A stretch of DNA of 64,000 bases from Octopus vulgaris (GCA_951406725.2 OX597817.1:112716001-112780000); one strand, 5' to 3'. Positions 37,969-51,643 are shown, counted from the stretch's first letter. The notes: generated by a model from the sequence alone, not told the origin. Translations and numbers: made by a program.

Positions 37969-39764
37969 CATATATATATATATGTATATATATATACATG
38001 TCGGAGAGGATTGAGCAAAACTGCGTAGACATTCCAGACTCCGACTGAAGAAGCAATTTCCACGTTTGCATGTGTCAAATGGAGTTTTATTTGAGGCAAA
38101 ATGTTTTACGGCCAATTGTCCTTTCTGTTCCAAACACTTGCATGTTTCCAAGCAAAGTTATATTTACCAATGGTCAGACATGTTCCTGCAGAATTTGGGA
38201 AATGAATGACACTGCTTGTATGACAGTGACACTCATATACAACTACAACACAATGTCAAGATAAAGAGACACACACACACACACAGATACAGACACACAC
38301 TCACACAGACATATACATGCACACACACACACATTTACACATACACAGACACACACACACAGATACACACATACACATGCACACAGAGACACAGACAGAC
38401 ATACACACAAACATGCACACAAATACACACACATGCACATACACACACAGACACACACACACACACACAGAGACACACACACACACACACATGCACACAC
38501 ACACACACATGCAACAGGCTTTTAGTAGTTTCTATCTTCCAAACTCCCTCACAAGACTTTGGGCAGCCTGGTAGAAGTCACTTTCTTAAAGTGCCATGCA
38601 GTAGGAACCATGTCAGGAGGCAAGTCTCTTATATATAGCCATGCCTGCACCTAGAAGACTTACAGTGCTGGGTTCTGCTATTTTTGAGGGTCTAAAGCAC
38701 TTAAAGAGATGTGCTACATCATGCTGACTTGCTCAGATATACTTTCTGAAGACAAAATCTTCAGTAGTGATCCCCACTACCCAGACACTGAGTTATAGGA
38801 TTCACCAAGATAACAATTAAAGATGTTGAAATTTGAAGATCATAATAGGTAAGTTGTATATATTACAATGGCTGAAAGTAGGTTATGTTTGGTTGTGAGC
38901 ATCACATTAAGTATCAGCATCAACATTCCACCACCACCCACTCTTGTCCTAAGTGAAAAAAATAGGGTGGATGATAAAGAGAAGTTGATGTCATGTAAAA
39001 AATGTTAAAACTCCTAACCCAGTCAGAATGCTGTGGGTGAAGGAAGTTGGATACAGATAGAGCCATTTAAGAAAATGATGGCATCAGAGACATATGAGAA
39101 AGGAGGTGAATGCCCTTCCATGCAGGATGAAATAACTGCTGCTGGCTTCATGAACACATCAAGTTGTTACTGTAAAGAGCCAAATCAACTGTGATTAAGA
39201 ATACCTTTTGTACATCAGTTGTCTTTCAAATAACTAGGTGTAGCCAAGAGATCATTGCTTCTCTGTCAACTTTTCTCTATACCTGCCATGATTAACTCCT
39301 CTGGTTTAAATTGATCTGAGATATGGAAAACATTTGATTACACTTATTACTTTCTTAATTAATCAAGTAGTGCAGTGCTATAAGAGTAAAGAAATTTACT
39401 AATGAAAGACAATTACAGCAGTCTCACACTCATGAATAATGTTTTGAAAATAATTTAGAGCTTGCAAAAATCTAATTTAATTCAGGATTGGTTTAGTCTG
39501 GAAAGAAATATAGACATATATTTATGTATGTTTGTGTCAGTTTATTTGTTTGTATGCATGCATGTATGTATGTATGTATGTATGTATGTATGTATGTATG
39601 TATGTATGTATGTATGTATGTATGTATGTATGTATGTTTGCATGTATGTATGCATGCATGCATGCATGCATGTATGTATGTATGTTTGTATGTATGTATG
39701 CATGCAACTTTGCATGTATACCCAAGCCTTTGCATATAGGTGCATATACATATGGTCATCCTTG

Positions 39765-40172
39765 ATTGACAAACGTTAGCACGTGGGCAAAATGCTTAGC
39801 GGTATTTTGTCCGTCTTTTAGTTTCTGAGTTCAAATTCCACCAAGGTCGACTTTGCCTTTCATCCTTTCAGGGTTGATAAATTAAGTACCAGTTACACAC
39901 TGGGGTCGATGTAATCGACTTAATCCGTTTGTCTTTCCTTGTTTGTCCCCTCTGTGTGTAGCCTCTTGTGGGCAGTAAAGAAATAGGTATTTCGTCTGCC
40001 GTTATGTTCTGAGTTCAAATTCCGCTGAGGTCGACTTTGTCTTTCATCCTTTCGGGGGTCGATAAATTAAGTACCAGTTACACACTGGGGTCGATGTAAT
40101 CGACTTAATCCCTTTGTCTGTCCTTGTTTATCCCCTCTATGTTTAGCCTCTTGTGGGCAATAAAGAAAAAAG
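39765..40172 (+). mobile_element. SINE family C with tandemly duplicated 3' unit (about 190 bp)
   Basis: ggtatttt/cgtc...ttctgagttcaaattcc...aagtaccagttacacactggggtcgatgtaatcgacttaatcc...agcctcttgtgggca occurs twice in tandem. Confidence 0.8.
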
Positions 40173-40752
40173 AATGTGTGTATCACCCTACATCTGTGAG
40201 TGTATGTATGTGCATGCACGCATGTGTTGCTGTGTGTCTGTATGTGTATTGTGTTATATATATAAGTCAATAAGAACTGAAATGGATATCTCACAATTAT
40301 TAATAGATATAACACAGTTATGTTTGTTGCTTAATTCTCATTTTTTCTTTTTCTTTCCTTTTGTCTTTCTTTTGTTTTGTTTCATTTAAATATAGTTTTT
40401 TTAATTGTAAAAATTATTGATTGAAATAATAAAGCTGAAGTGAAAAAATATGTATATATTGATTGATTGATTGATTCTAGTTTCAGCTTATGAGCTGTGG
40501 CCATGCTGGGGCATTACAATTTTTTTTTTTTTTTATTGTTTATGTGTAACTTTTATGAAAGCAGTCCATTGTAACACAAAAATGTTTTGACACTAATGTA
40601 ATTTTAAACACAAGACATTTTGCTGAAAATGCCTTCAGCAAAATGGAACCCTAGATAGTAGGATTTTTGTTTCCTGTTTAATCAATGCATTCATCAAAGA
40701 GAGATAAAAAGATAACTGAAAATAATGCTTGTGTGCAAACAAACTTATAGAC

Positions 40753-41078
40753 CAGTGGTTCTCAACCAAGGTCTATATGGTCCCTGAGAGTCCATATAAG
40801 ATTTTTGGCGGTTATGCAACAAAATAGTAAATTGAGGATTCACAATATTTTCAGGGCCCCTGAAAAAAAGTTTGTTATAGATGTATGTATTAGTAAGTTT
40901 CTTTCTCTAACATTTTACATAGTTCAACCTACACAAGTTAATGTGAGTAAAACAAAAGAAGAATTTTAAAAGAAGTTTCTATAAAACTAGTTTTTGACTA
41001 TCAAATGGCTATGTGGGTCTACCAGAGTAAAATAGTAATCAAGGGGATTCATAGATAAAGAATGGTTGAGAACCCCTG
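40753..41078. mobile_element. hAT (Charlie-like) MITE
   Basis: TIRs cagtggttctcaacc / ggttgagaacccctg; 8-bp TSD ttatagac / atacagac (6/8). Confidence 0.8.
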
Positions 41079-41714
41079 ATACAGACAAATAAATACAAAA
41101 ACAAGACTCAGGTACAGAAACAACACACATGCATACCAAATGCACATACATACACACACATCAAACATACATATCTAATCATGAAATGGGGTTACTTTGA
41201 ACACCAGGGTAACTTGGAACAAAATATGTTTTGCTTCCTTTTATTACTTGTTGCTAAAATTTCTTACAGAATTGTTTAAATATGTTGTTAAACTTTAGAA
41301 TTATATTTCTATAATAGTATAATTTCAATACATAAAGTAAAATTTGTTAATATAAATGATTATCCACTCAAAGAAAGAATTTGTCAACTTCTTCAAATTC
41401 CAGCAAAACAAACATTTTTGCAAGATATGAATACTTTTGTCAGTAGCTAAAGCACTTCTTGCATAAAAGATACAAGATTTTGTTAAAATATTATGTTAAT
41501 ATAACTAGTTAATAATTTTCTATTGAAGTGTTTTTATAACTTGTATCTTTGTAAAAACTTGTATAACATGACATGTTCCCCACTTTGATTATCCAATGGG
41601 GTTTCTTTGAACGCTGTTCAGAGTAATCCCAATCACTGTTTCTGGCAGTAAGCAAGCTGCTACCACCCAGTTTCACACATATGCTTCAATCACTTGATGT
41701 AGTATTCTATAAAA

Positions 41715-41975
41715 ATAATAAATAAATGCACCTTTTTTAAAGCCTAGCCAGGCTCATGGGCCTGGTTTCCTGGTTTCTATGGTGTATGTGTTCCCCAGCT
41801 GGACGGGATGCCAGTCCATCACAGCATTACTCATTTTTGCCAGCTGAGTGGACTGGAGCAACGTGAAATGAAGTGTTTTGCTCAAGAACACAACGCGTAG
41901 CCCAGTCCAGGAATTAAAACCACAATCTTATGATCATGGTGCTGACACCCTAACCACTAAGCCACATGCCTCCAT
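41715..41975 (-). mobile_element. tRNA-derived SINE (family B head, alternative tail)
   Basis: Near-identical to 57628-57871; (TTTA)n-type tail on the minus strand. Confidence 0.8.
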
Positions 41976-41979
41976 GTAG

Positions 41980-42336
41980 CATTCTTAAAAAAAATAGTTG
42001 GAGAAAAATCTTAAATGATTGGAAGGCTTACGGCAGGAAAAACTCAAAGCCCTTAACTAAAGATGCTTTTCGTGCTCTGCTCACACAGCTGCATACTGTT
42101 CTCTTTCTTGACAGTGTCACTCACAGCAAGAATCTGGAAAGAAGGTTCATGAAATGTGGAATTCACCCTTTTCATCCAGACAAGGTTTTGGATCAGCTAC
42201 CAGACCATGAAGTGAGCAAAGAGGACAATGAAGTCATCAATGTAAGAGAGATAAATATATATATATATATATATATTATATTAAATTAGAGACATTATGC
42301 TTGATTTTTCCCTGTAAGTTTGGATTTATTCCCTAA

Positions 42337-42387
<51 letters not shown>

Positions 42388-42700
42388 TGCCCAATATATG
42401 TGTTTGTATATTTATGTGTGCATGTGTATAAGTGTGAAGAATTTTGGTGTTTATAGATGCTCTTCAGTACACATGTGTTTTATTTTATGGAGGAAGTGTG
42501 ATTATGCTTGTACGTCAATTATATGGATGTGTACATATATGTGTATATACATAAGTATATAAAGAGATATGTGTTGGGAAAGCTAAAGTCAATGAGAAGA
42601 GTGAATAAGAGCAGACCAAAGAAGAGACAAAAGAAGTTGAACGTTACCCCTGGCAGAAGTATAAATGCTGAGGACATCAGTGCTTCTGGCAGTGAAATGA
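41980..42700 (+). mobile_element. pogo/Tigger-like (DDE_1) transposase remnant, interrupted at about 42245-42570
   Basis: LKKNSWRKILNDWK...F..LL..L...NLE..FMKCGIHPFHPDKVLDQLP continues as VLGKLKSMR...KKLNVTPGRSI after the insertion. TIR-like ggggttactttgaacacc lies upstream near 41188. Confidence 0.65.
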
Positions 42701-42748
42701 TGACCACCAGTTCATATATGCCTTTAATGTACAGCCTCTCACTCTTTC

Positions 42749-42833
<85 letters not shown>

Positions 42834-43804
42834 TCAAATCTGTTTCACTTCTTACACAAGTTAAAACTTGAACTTTCATAGGTTTCAGCCAGTATTGGTT
42901 TGGACCATGTCTGTCTCAGTAGCATTGACCTTATCATATCTAACAAATCAAATAATTTCTCAGTATTCACTGCCCATGTCTCGTTATCAGGCAGTATCAC
43001 ATTTACTTCATACTATCTGCATTTCTCACACTTAGTTATCATCAGATAAATTAGTCCAAAAGATTGTGCTAATTTACTGCTTTACTGCGTAAATTTGCTG
43101 GAAAAAAACCCACAAGAAATTCTGCAACATACATCACATAGAAAAGGCGTATGCAGATGCTTTATACAAATGAGTCTAATTTAAATTATTCAGTAGACAA
43201 CATTAAGATAAAAGGATCAGGATCATTGAGAATTTCAAAGACATTTTTAATAATCATGTTATTTTCCCATCCTACCCACATTTGTCACGAACAACATAAT
43301 TTCAAAAAAATGGGGTTCATTTCCTAAATTTTGTTTCTCTTTATTTCTATTTAATTTTTTTGTTTTAGTTTTTTTCTTCCTTTTATGGTGTTATTTCTTT
43401 TATAAACAAATGACAAAATATACCAAGATTAGTAAGTACAAGAAACAGGAAATGAAGAGGAAGGAGAGTGAATGAGATGGTGCCTGTTACATGATTCCTG
43501 ATAGTCACCAGGACCGGAAGTAGGATATACATACATATACACAAGTATACAACTATGCATACATAATTTCTCTTTCTCTCTCTCTCTCTTTTTATCTGAC
43601 TATTTATATATCTATGTATATACACATATATTTTCACATCCATATAATTGACGTACAAGCGTTGTCACACTTCCTCCATAAAATAAAACACATGTATACT
43701 GAAGAGCATCTATAAACACCAAAATTCTTCACACTTATACACGTGCACACATAAATATACAAACACATATATTAGGCATGATATATATATATATATATAT
43801 ATAT

Positions 43805-43849
<45 letters not shown>

Positions 43850-43960
43850 AAGATAATTAGATAAAACTTACTTAGAAAAGGAAGTGTGGTGTTTAATCAT
43901 ATAATAATATAAATAATATATATATGCATATATACATACGTATACGTACATACTTACATG

Positions 43961-44038
<78 letters not shown>

Positions 44039-44429
44039 TAGACAGAGAGAGAGAGAGAGAGAGAGAGATAAACAAAGAGAGAGAGAGAGATATGTAGATA
44101 TATATATATATACATGTATATACATATATATGATATATATATATATATATCTAATATATTCTTTCATTCTTGCACTTGTTTCAGTCATTTGACTGTGGCC
44201 ATGCTGAAGTAACAACCTCAAAGGGTTTTAGTCAAAGAAATTGACCCCAAGACTTATTCTTTGCAAATGAAGTATTTATTATATCGGTCTCTATTGCCAA
44301 ACTGCTAAGTTATGAGGAAATAAACACACCAGCATCGGTTGTCAAGCAATAGCAGGGGCATATGCACAGACACAAAGACACACACATAAGTATATGCATA
44401 CACACACACACACACACACACATATATAT

Positions 44430-44825
44430 TCTTTTATTTGTTACAGTCAGTTGACTGCGGCCATGCTGGAGCACCACCTTTAGTCAAACAAATCAATCCC
44501 AGGACTTATTCTTTGTAAACCTAATACTTATTCTATCGGGCTCTTTTGCTGAACCGCTAGGTTACGGGGATGTAAACACATCAACATCGCTTGTCAAGTG
44601 GTGGTGGGGACAAACACAAACATGCAAACATATACAAACACACACACACATATATATATATACATGTATATGATGAACTTCTTTCAGTTTCCATCTACCA
44701 AATCCACTCACAAGGCTTTGGTTGGCCCAAGGCTATAGTAGAAGACATTTGTCCAAGGTGCCACACAGTGGGACTGAACCGAGAACCATGTGGTTCGTAA
44801 GCAAGCTACTTACCACACAGCCACT
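44430..44825 (-). mobile_element. tRNA-derived SINE (family A); a further 3' half at about 44160-44385
   Basis: Reverse complement of the family A consensus. Confidence 0.8.
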
Positions 44826-44831
44826 ATATAT

Positions 44832-45440
44832 ACTTTTCCATTTAGATGGGTCATCCGTAAAAAGATAAATCTGAAAAAAGAAGCACACTCTAAGTTATAA
44901 AGCCGTATATATTAAAGTTAGATAAGGTTGGTTTGTGGGATTACCTTAGGTTTCATGTCCATAAAAAGTTTAGCTTTATTGCATATCATCAGATCCTAAA
45001 ACCTGATGGCTTAAGTTCTCTCTAGCAAGTGGCTCCTCTATAATATGGAGGAGGAAAGGACCCTACTACTCAATATCAACAAAGTGGATTGTCTCTGCTT
45101 GGCTATCGATCACTGGTGACCCTTCCATCCTGTGGGTTCCAGTAGGCCAGCAGGAATTTCCTGAAATGTAACCATGGTCCGAAGACCTCTGTTTTGGATT
45201 TAAGAATGTCTCCTGGTTTGAGGAAGTCCTTTAGGATCCTCACCCATTCCGCTATGCATAATTTACAGTGCTTGGTCGCGTTTATGTAGGGAGTCTGAAT
45301 TTTCTAGGATTCTCCGTGATATTGTGGATGGAATCCTGTTGTCTATCATGTGCCATACATGGCTGGCTAATGATGTACGTATCAACTTTCTGGTAGCCTG
45401 AAGGAGGATCTGTGGTTTGAGAGAAGCCTTTTACCATGAC
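44832..45440 (-). mobile_element. 3' end of a Penelope-like element (GIY-YIG C-terminus plus HHR pseudo-LTR)
   Basis: NHRSSFR...TSLASHVWH...I.RRIL...PYINATKHCKLCIAE.VRIL...EVFGPWLHFRKFLL, followed by the HHR at 44938-44996. Confidence 0.75.
44938..44996 (-). ncRNA. Type I hammerhead ribozyme motif
   Basis: GGAU CUGAUGA U AUG...CAU GAAAC CUAAG GUA AUCC. Stem I GGAU/AUCC; palindromic stem III ACCU-A-AGGU. Confidence 0.7.
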
Positions 45441-45479
45441 AGGGCCTTACTGGCCCTGGAGAGCAATACCTATGGAATC

Positions 45480-46235
45480 ACATGACACATCCTTGTTTTG
45501 CAGTGCTTCTCCTCTGTTTATTTCTGTGATGGCTAAAATGAAGGAACAGCATGCTTCTGTGAAATTCTGTTTTCTGCTGGGGAAATGGTGGCTGAAACAG
45601 TTGTCATGCTTCAAACAGCTTACAAAGACGCTGCCATAAGCAAAACACAAGTTTATGAGTGGTTTCCATGTTTTAGAAACAGTCATTTGTCACTTGAAGA
45701 CCAACCTTGTTTAGGATGACCGTGGACCTCCTGAACAAATGAAAACATTATGAAAATTCATGAACTGATCTTAGAGAGCCGTCACTAAAGAACAGACGAA
45801 CTTGTTGATATGACTGGTGTGTGTCATGGAGCTCCTGCCAACAAATTTTGAGTGAGGAATTGTAAATGAAAAGAATTGCAGCAAGAATTGTGCCTCACTT
45901 GATCATGGAAGATCAAAAGCTGTCACGACTGAATGCATGTTGGGAACTGAAAGAATGCATGGAAGTTGATCCAGACCTTTTTTGAAGGTCAGCGCTGATG
46001 ATGAAAGCTGATGTTATGGAATTTGCAGAAGTGGAGGAGGTGAAGAATGAATGATGAAGATGTTAAAAGGTATTACATCGCAAGAGTACCAGCATTGCTT
46101 TGAATACTGGAAAATGCACCTGAACCAATGCATTGCTTCAAATGGAGAGTACTTTAAATGTGATAGAAGTGTAAACATGTAAAACTAAGTGAATATCATA
46201 ATATTGCAAAATTGTAGGAGGCTTTGGGTACATGC

Positions 46236-46240
<5 letters not shown>
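45480..46240 (+). mobile_element. Internally deleted mariner remnant
   Basis: MAKMKEQHASVKFCFLLGK N-terminus, SLEDQP, ...CIASNGEYF C-terminus; TIR-like end near 46225-46238. Confidence 0.7.
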
Positions 46241-46280
<40 letters not shown>

Positions 46281-46459
46281 GTATATAAATAATATGGGTG
46301 GTTTATTAGCAATTTAACAGCCTAAAGGCAAATTTAAAGATGTCACTAATGTGACAGAATAGTGCTTCTGTGGCAGTTGAGTTATTTTGACTCTTATTTC
46401 TAGCAACGCTGGTACCGTTTAGCACCCTCTGTCACATTAGTAACGTCTATATATATGTA

Positions 46460-47640
46460 TATTTTTTACATTTTTTATTTCATGCCTGTGATTTGTTTGT
46501 TTACGATTTTGTTGACTACACAGTACAGTAGGGTTAGTTGGGCTCTGTACTGCTTATCATTCATACTGGAAGCTCCAATACAAACATTTCAGAGTGTTTA
46601 GGTGTCAATCTGAGGGTTAACACAGTGCAGAGGATTCAGAATGAACTCGATGAGTCTAATGGTGATTACGAAGGTAAAGCAGCTCAAAAACTCACTCTGA
46701 TAAGAAAAGAACACCTGAATTTGTTGGTGAGATCCAGGTCATGATTGACAACAATCCCTCCAAGTCAATTAGGTCAATTAGCCAATGGTTGTTCTGTGTT
46801 TACCATCTGATCCCGGAAGAAATTTTTCTCATCTGAGAAAAACCAAGGCATGTTCAGTTGGAGTGATGCTTGAGTTTGTTCAAAAGTTTCATAGTACAGT
46901 CTTTCTTCTTGTCCTTGATGATATAGGCTGGCAGTCGAACTATTTCGTCCTAGGGCTAGATCAGAAGGTATTTTGGGGATTAATGTAATCTACAGATTTA
47001 TTTAAGGAGAGTATAACAGCTCTCAAATGTGACTCTTCTGGATAGTCTCCTTGTTTAAGTTAGTAAATGCTGCCATAACCCTTACCATGAGTTCACCTTT
47101 GGTGTTACAAGGAGTTTTGTTGGTCTCTCGCTCAATTGTACCCCACACATAATAATCAAGGGGGTTGCAGTTTGGGGGGTTATGTGGCTAAATGTTAGAG
47201 GTGATGTGGTTTCAGAAATTGTCTGACAGCCATGACTAGGTTCTCTTGCTTGTACAGCATGGTGCAGAGTCCTGTTGCCAGACATAGGATTTTCCAGCAG
47301 CTACCCTCTTGATCCAGGGCAGCGCTATCTCCTCCAAGCACCTGATGTGGGCCTCTGTGTTGAGTCTGAGGCCATCACTAGTGATCACTCCAAACACTAT
47401 GATGTTGAGTGGATGTTTGATTTTTATCACTCTCAGTACATGTCCTCAGATTGACACCCAAACACTTTGAAATGTTGGTACTGGAACTTCCGGTGCAAAT
47501 GCCAACCAGTAGAGCATGTCGTTTCCAAATTTTTGGTCGAGTGAATTGCATAGTGTGTTGTCAACAAAATCAAAAACAAACAATGCGCATGTGTGAAATT
47601 AAAAATATAAAATGGCGACAATTTACCCATCGTACCTTGT
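46460..47640. mobile_element. Second DD37D (maT-like) transposon, internally rearranged
   Basis: 5' HTH part on plus (46540-46780); WFFSDEKNF on minus (46785-46930); KHP..VFGV...WQQDSAP...NPLDYYVW on minus (47082-47440); 3' end on plus, with inverted termini at 46460-46520 / 47560-47640. Confidence 0.7.
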
Positions 47641-48574
47641 ATATTCTTTCATTCATTTCAGCCATGTAATTGTGGCCATGCTGGAGCACCATAAAGGTTA
47701 GATCCAAGGATCCATGTGTAGGAAGTTAGTAACCTTCAAAAGGTCCATAGAAGGTATAAGAAACAACTTTCAGGAACAATAGTGGTTTATTGACATAGAT
47801 AAATTTTTCCCATATATGTGTTTGCATGTGTGTGTGTATACATATATATACTTATAAGTATGTAAGTAAGTATGCATGTACGTATATGTATGTATGTATA
47901 TATATGTATGTATATATCATATATACATACATATATAAAATATATATATATGTGTGTGTATATATATATATTATATATGGGTATACATATGTATGTATGA
48001 ATGTATGTAGCTATGTTTGTATTTACGTGTATGTATGTATAACCTAATGAGCCAATGGGACTGCTCACCCTAGAAATATGACAGTCAAAACAAAGTCTTT
48101 CATACCACACCCTACTATCTTCATGGAAAACACAAGTAGAAAATGTAATCTGAGGTGAGCCTATTCCCGAAAATAAGATAGAATGGTCATAGCATGAATG
48201 CCTTTGATCATAATTTCTGCTCATGCAGCTTTCACTATTTTCATATCTTTAATTACCTTATTGACCATGTTGAAACTAATGCTAGCAGATGGTTTATCTT
48301 GAAATAGATTTTTCTATTTCATTCTTATTCCTCATTCAACAGTTTTTCAAAATGATACTGTTAGTCTTCTTCCTTCTCCCCTATCAGCCAAATCTACTTC
48401 TCCTTCTCCAAGCCAAAGTCTGTCTGTTGTTCCATATACATAACATCCTGAAACATATGAACACACCCCTATTACATTTGGAATAATTCATGTCTCCCAT
48501 CCTAACAGTAGATAACTTTAGCAAACCTCATCCTTTCAGCCTCGTTTCCTGGCTAAATAAATGAGATGTCTTGC

Positions 48575-48611
<37 letters not shown>

Positions 48612-48758
48612 ACACACACTGAGATTGTGTATACATGTGTTTGTGAGTGTGTGCATGCATATACATATATATAAATACATACATATGTGTGCATGTATAT
48701 ATATATATATGTGTGTATGTACATATATTTATGTACAATATATGTATGTATATATGTA

Positions 48759-49960
48759 TTGGGTTGGCAACTAAGTTCCCGCCGTTTTTTTTGAATTTTG
48801 GAATTTATTGTATTTTTAAATTTTGGAATCTATTATTTTTGAGAATTCTATTTTTGAATAATTTTGGAATCTATTTTGTTTCTTTTCTAGTTAATTTTAG
48901 TTAATTTTTGTTTATTTTCAGGTCATTAAAATGGAATGTCAAGTTAAGAAAAACAAGCATTTTTGATGCCTCCTTCTTTTTGCTTTTAATTAAGGTTCTA
49001 AGGCTACAAAGCTGCTCACAACATTTGCGCTGTGTATGGAGAGGGTGCCATAGCTGAAAGAACTGCTTGTGATTGGAATGCCAAGTTCAAAAATGGAAAT
49101 TTCAACTTCAAAGAAGTGAGGAAGAGAAAATGGAATGCTCCCACACTGCTATAGAGAAGCATCTTCACTCGATGGGAAAGGTTCAGCAGTATGGAGCATG
49201 GGTTCTGCATGCTTTAAATGACAACAACAAAAATCAACGAATCACAATTTCTGCTGGTTTGCTTGCTTGTCGCCATTCAACTCATGGACACAAGCAACGA
49301 TTTCTTAGCTGAATCATTACTGGCAACAAAAAATGGTGCCTGTACATCAATATGAAGCAGCATAAGGAATAGCTTAGTCCCAATAAACAAGCAACACTGC
49401 GCATGAAACAAGATCTTCATCTGCGTAAAATGTTATTGTGTGTATGGTGTGACTCGGAAGGGATTATCCATTATGAGTTGCTTGAATGGAACCAAATGGT
49501 CAACTCTATGTTCAACAGATGGAACGACTCAACACAGCTATTCAAGAGAAAAGACCTAATTGTCAGCATGGAGTTCTTCTGCTGCACGACAACGCTTGCT
49601 CTCATATCGCCAATATGACCAAGGAAGCCATTCAAGCACATGGCTGTGAAGTGCTGCCACACCCACCATACTCTCCTGATTTGGCACCAACAGATTTCCA
49701 CCTCTTTCGATCTCTTTCAAATGCTATGTGCAGAGTTTCATTCAATTCTGATGCAGAATTGAGAGCTTGATTGGATCAATTTTTCGAGTCGAAATCGAGT
49801 GATTTCTACTAACAAGGTATTGAAAATTTTATTGAACATTGAGAAGAAGCTGTAAACAACAAGGGTGAATACATTATTGATTAATTAGTTGTTATTTTCT
49901 ATTAAACCTTTTACAAAATTTAAATTTTAAAAAATGGCGGGAACTTAGTTGCCAACCTAA
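48759..49960 (+). mobile_element. Near full-length mariner (DD34D) transposon with intact TIRs, transposase pseudogene
   Basis: TA|ttgggttggcaactaagttcccgcc ... ggcgggaacttagttgccaacctaa|TA; motifs WVLHAL, LLHDNACSH, HPPYSPDLAPTDFHLFRSL; stops and frameshifts. Confidence 0.92.
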
Positions 49961-50232
49961 TATATATGTACATATGTGTATAAATACATATATATATATA
50001 TGTATTGTCTTGGGAGAGTCATATTGTCTCAACATCCATTGACAAGGTTGCAAAAGCAACGAAAATTTTGGAAGAAAAACATATGAATAATAAATGAGTG
50101 GAAATCCAACCAGTGGGTGTGTTAGATAATAAGACATTAAGACAATATGACTCTTTCCAGACACAATATAATTTGCTTCAACACACAAGTTCACATAAAA
50201 ATCTTACAAACCAGATACAAAAACAAGGTATA

Positions 50233-50268
<36 letters not shown>

Positions 50269-50314
50269 TATACACATATATATATATATACATACATACA
50301 CATACGCACACATA

Positions 50315-50950
50315 CTATGGAAGTATGCTGTGCGTGAGAAGACCCGGCAAGACTAGTGAGGCCATAACCCGTGGCCTCTACCTGGTATGTAGCCAGTCGA
50401 CTTATACATACCTTTCCTTCTTGGGACACGAAACTCCACTTGTGAAAACCCGTTGAGGCAAGTGAAAATCAAAAATTCAAAAAATCAAAAAAATCAAATC
50501 AGATATCAGAAAGCAGAACCAAAATCGAAGTCGATCAACATCAGTGGAAATTGCGGCTGTGATACCAGTGCCGGTGACAAGTAAGCGAACCATCCGATTG
50601 TGGCCATTGCCAGCGCCGCCCCGACTGGCCTCCGTGCCGGTGGCACGTAAAAGCACCATCCGTTCGTGTCCGTTGCCAGCCTCGCCTGGCCCCCGTGCCG
50701 GTGGCACATAAAAGCACCATCTTTTCATGGCTGTTTGCCAGCACTGTCTGGCACCTGTGTGGGTGGCACATAAAAAGCACCCACTACACTTGCGGAGTGG
50801 TTGGCATTAGGAAGGGCATCCAACTGTAGAAACACTGCCAGATCAGACTGGGCCTGATGCAGCCTTCTGGCTTCACAGACCCCAGTTGAACCGTCCAACC
50901 CATGCTAGCATGGAAAACGGACGCTAAATGATGATGATGATGATCATCAT
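50315..50950 (+). mobile_element. RTE-like LINE 3' end (ORF stop plus 3' UTR plus (GAT)n tail)
   Basis: LWKYAVREKTRQD* then a UTR with four ~62-bp repeats around gtgccggtggcacgtaaaagcacc and the family D tail. Confidence 0.6.
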
Positions 50951-51144
50951 CATACACACACATATATATACTTGCCCGCAATAAGTGTGTTATTCTTGGA
51001 GATTTTAAGGTAGTAAAAAAGACTTTAACGTCTATTTCTGGCAACGTGTAGTGATGCATAATGCTGTATCCTTGTTATAATTATGTATATAATTATAAAA
51101 TGATTTGTATATATAGGTATATATCTATCTATCTAGCTAGCTAG

Positions 51145-51181
<37 letters not shown>

Positions 51182-51595
51182 TATATACATACACACATGC
51201 ATGTGTGTGTGTGTAAGAATTTAGAAACTCAGAGAGACCATGAAATATTTTGTTTCTTACTATAGAACTCTAAGTAGATAAAGTTATAAAAAATAGCATG
51301 CTAAAAACTCTTTCAGATTAAAAAAGTCAAAGGTGAACCCAATATTTATTTATAGCTTTATCTACTTTGAGTTCTACAGTTAAAAAGGCATGGATGAGCG
51401 GTAAGACGTTAGCTTCCCTACCACATGATTCCAGGTTCAGTCCTACTGTGTGATACCTTGGACAAATATCTTGTATAGTCCTGGGCTAACCAAAGCCTTG
51501 CGAGTGGATAGGGTTCATGGAAACTGACAGATGATTGCTGTGTAAACAATGGAAGCAGACATTAAATAATAATGATGATGATGATGATGTATATA

Positions 51596-51643
<48 letters not shown>

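Noticed and set aside
35620-39779. Many 60-160 aa Tyr/Ile, Cys/Val or His/Thr ORFs here and elsewhere in the window
   Set aside because: Products of (TA)n, (TG)n, (TATG)n and (CA)n microsatellites.
43640-43715. HHR-like words (ctgaagagc; ggaggaagtgt...gtacgtc) in the inverted 200-bp repeat
   Set aside because: Both copies lack the GAAAC box in the required position.
45000-45190. Possible selenocysteine/SECIS usage as reported for some PLE lineages (Trp codon where Cys is expected)
   Set aside because: The codon is TGG, not TGA, and I see no SECIS-like stem in the 3' region.
50560-50785. CRISPR-like repeat-spacer pattern
   Set aside because: Eukaryotic context, spacers are homologous to each other, no cas genes; it is a tandem repeat in a LINE UTR.
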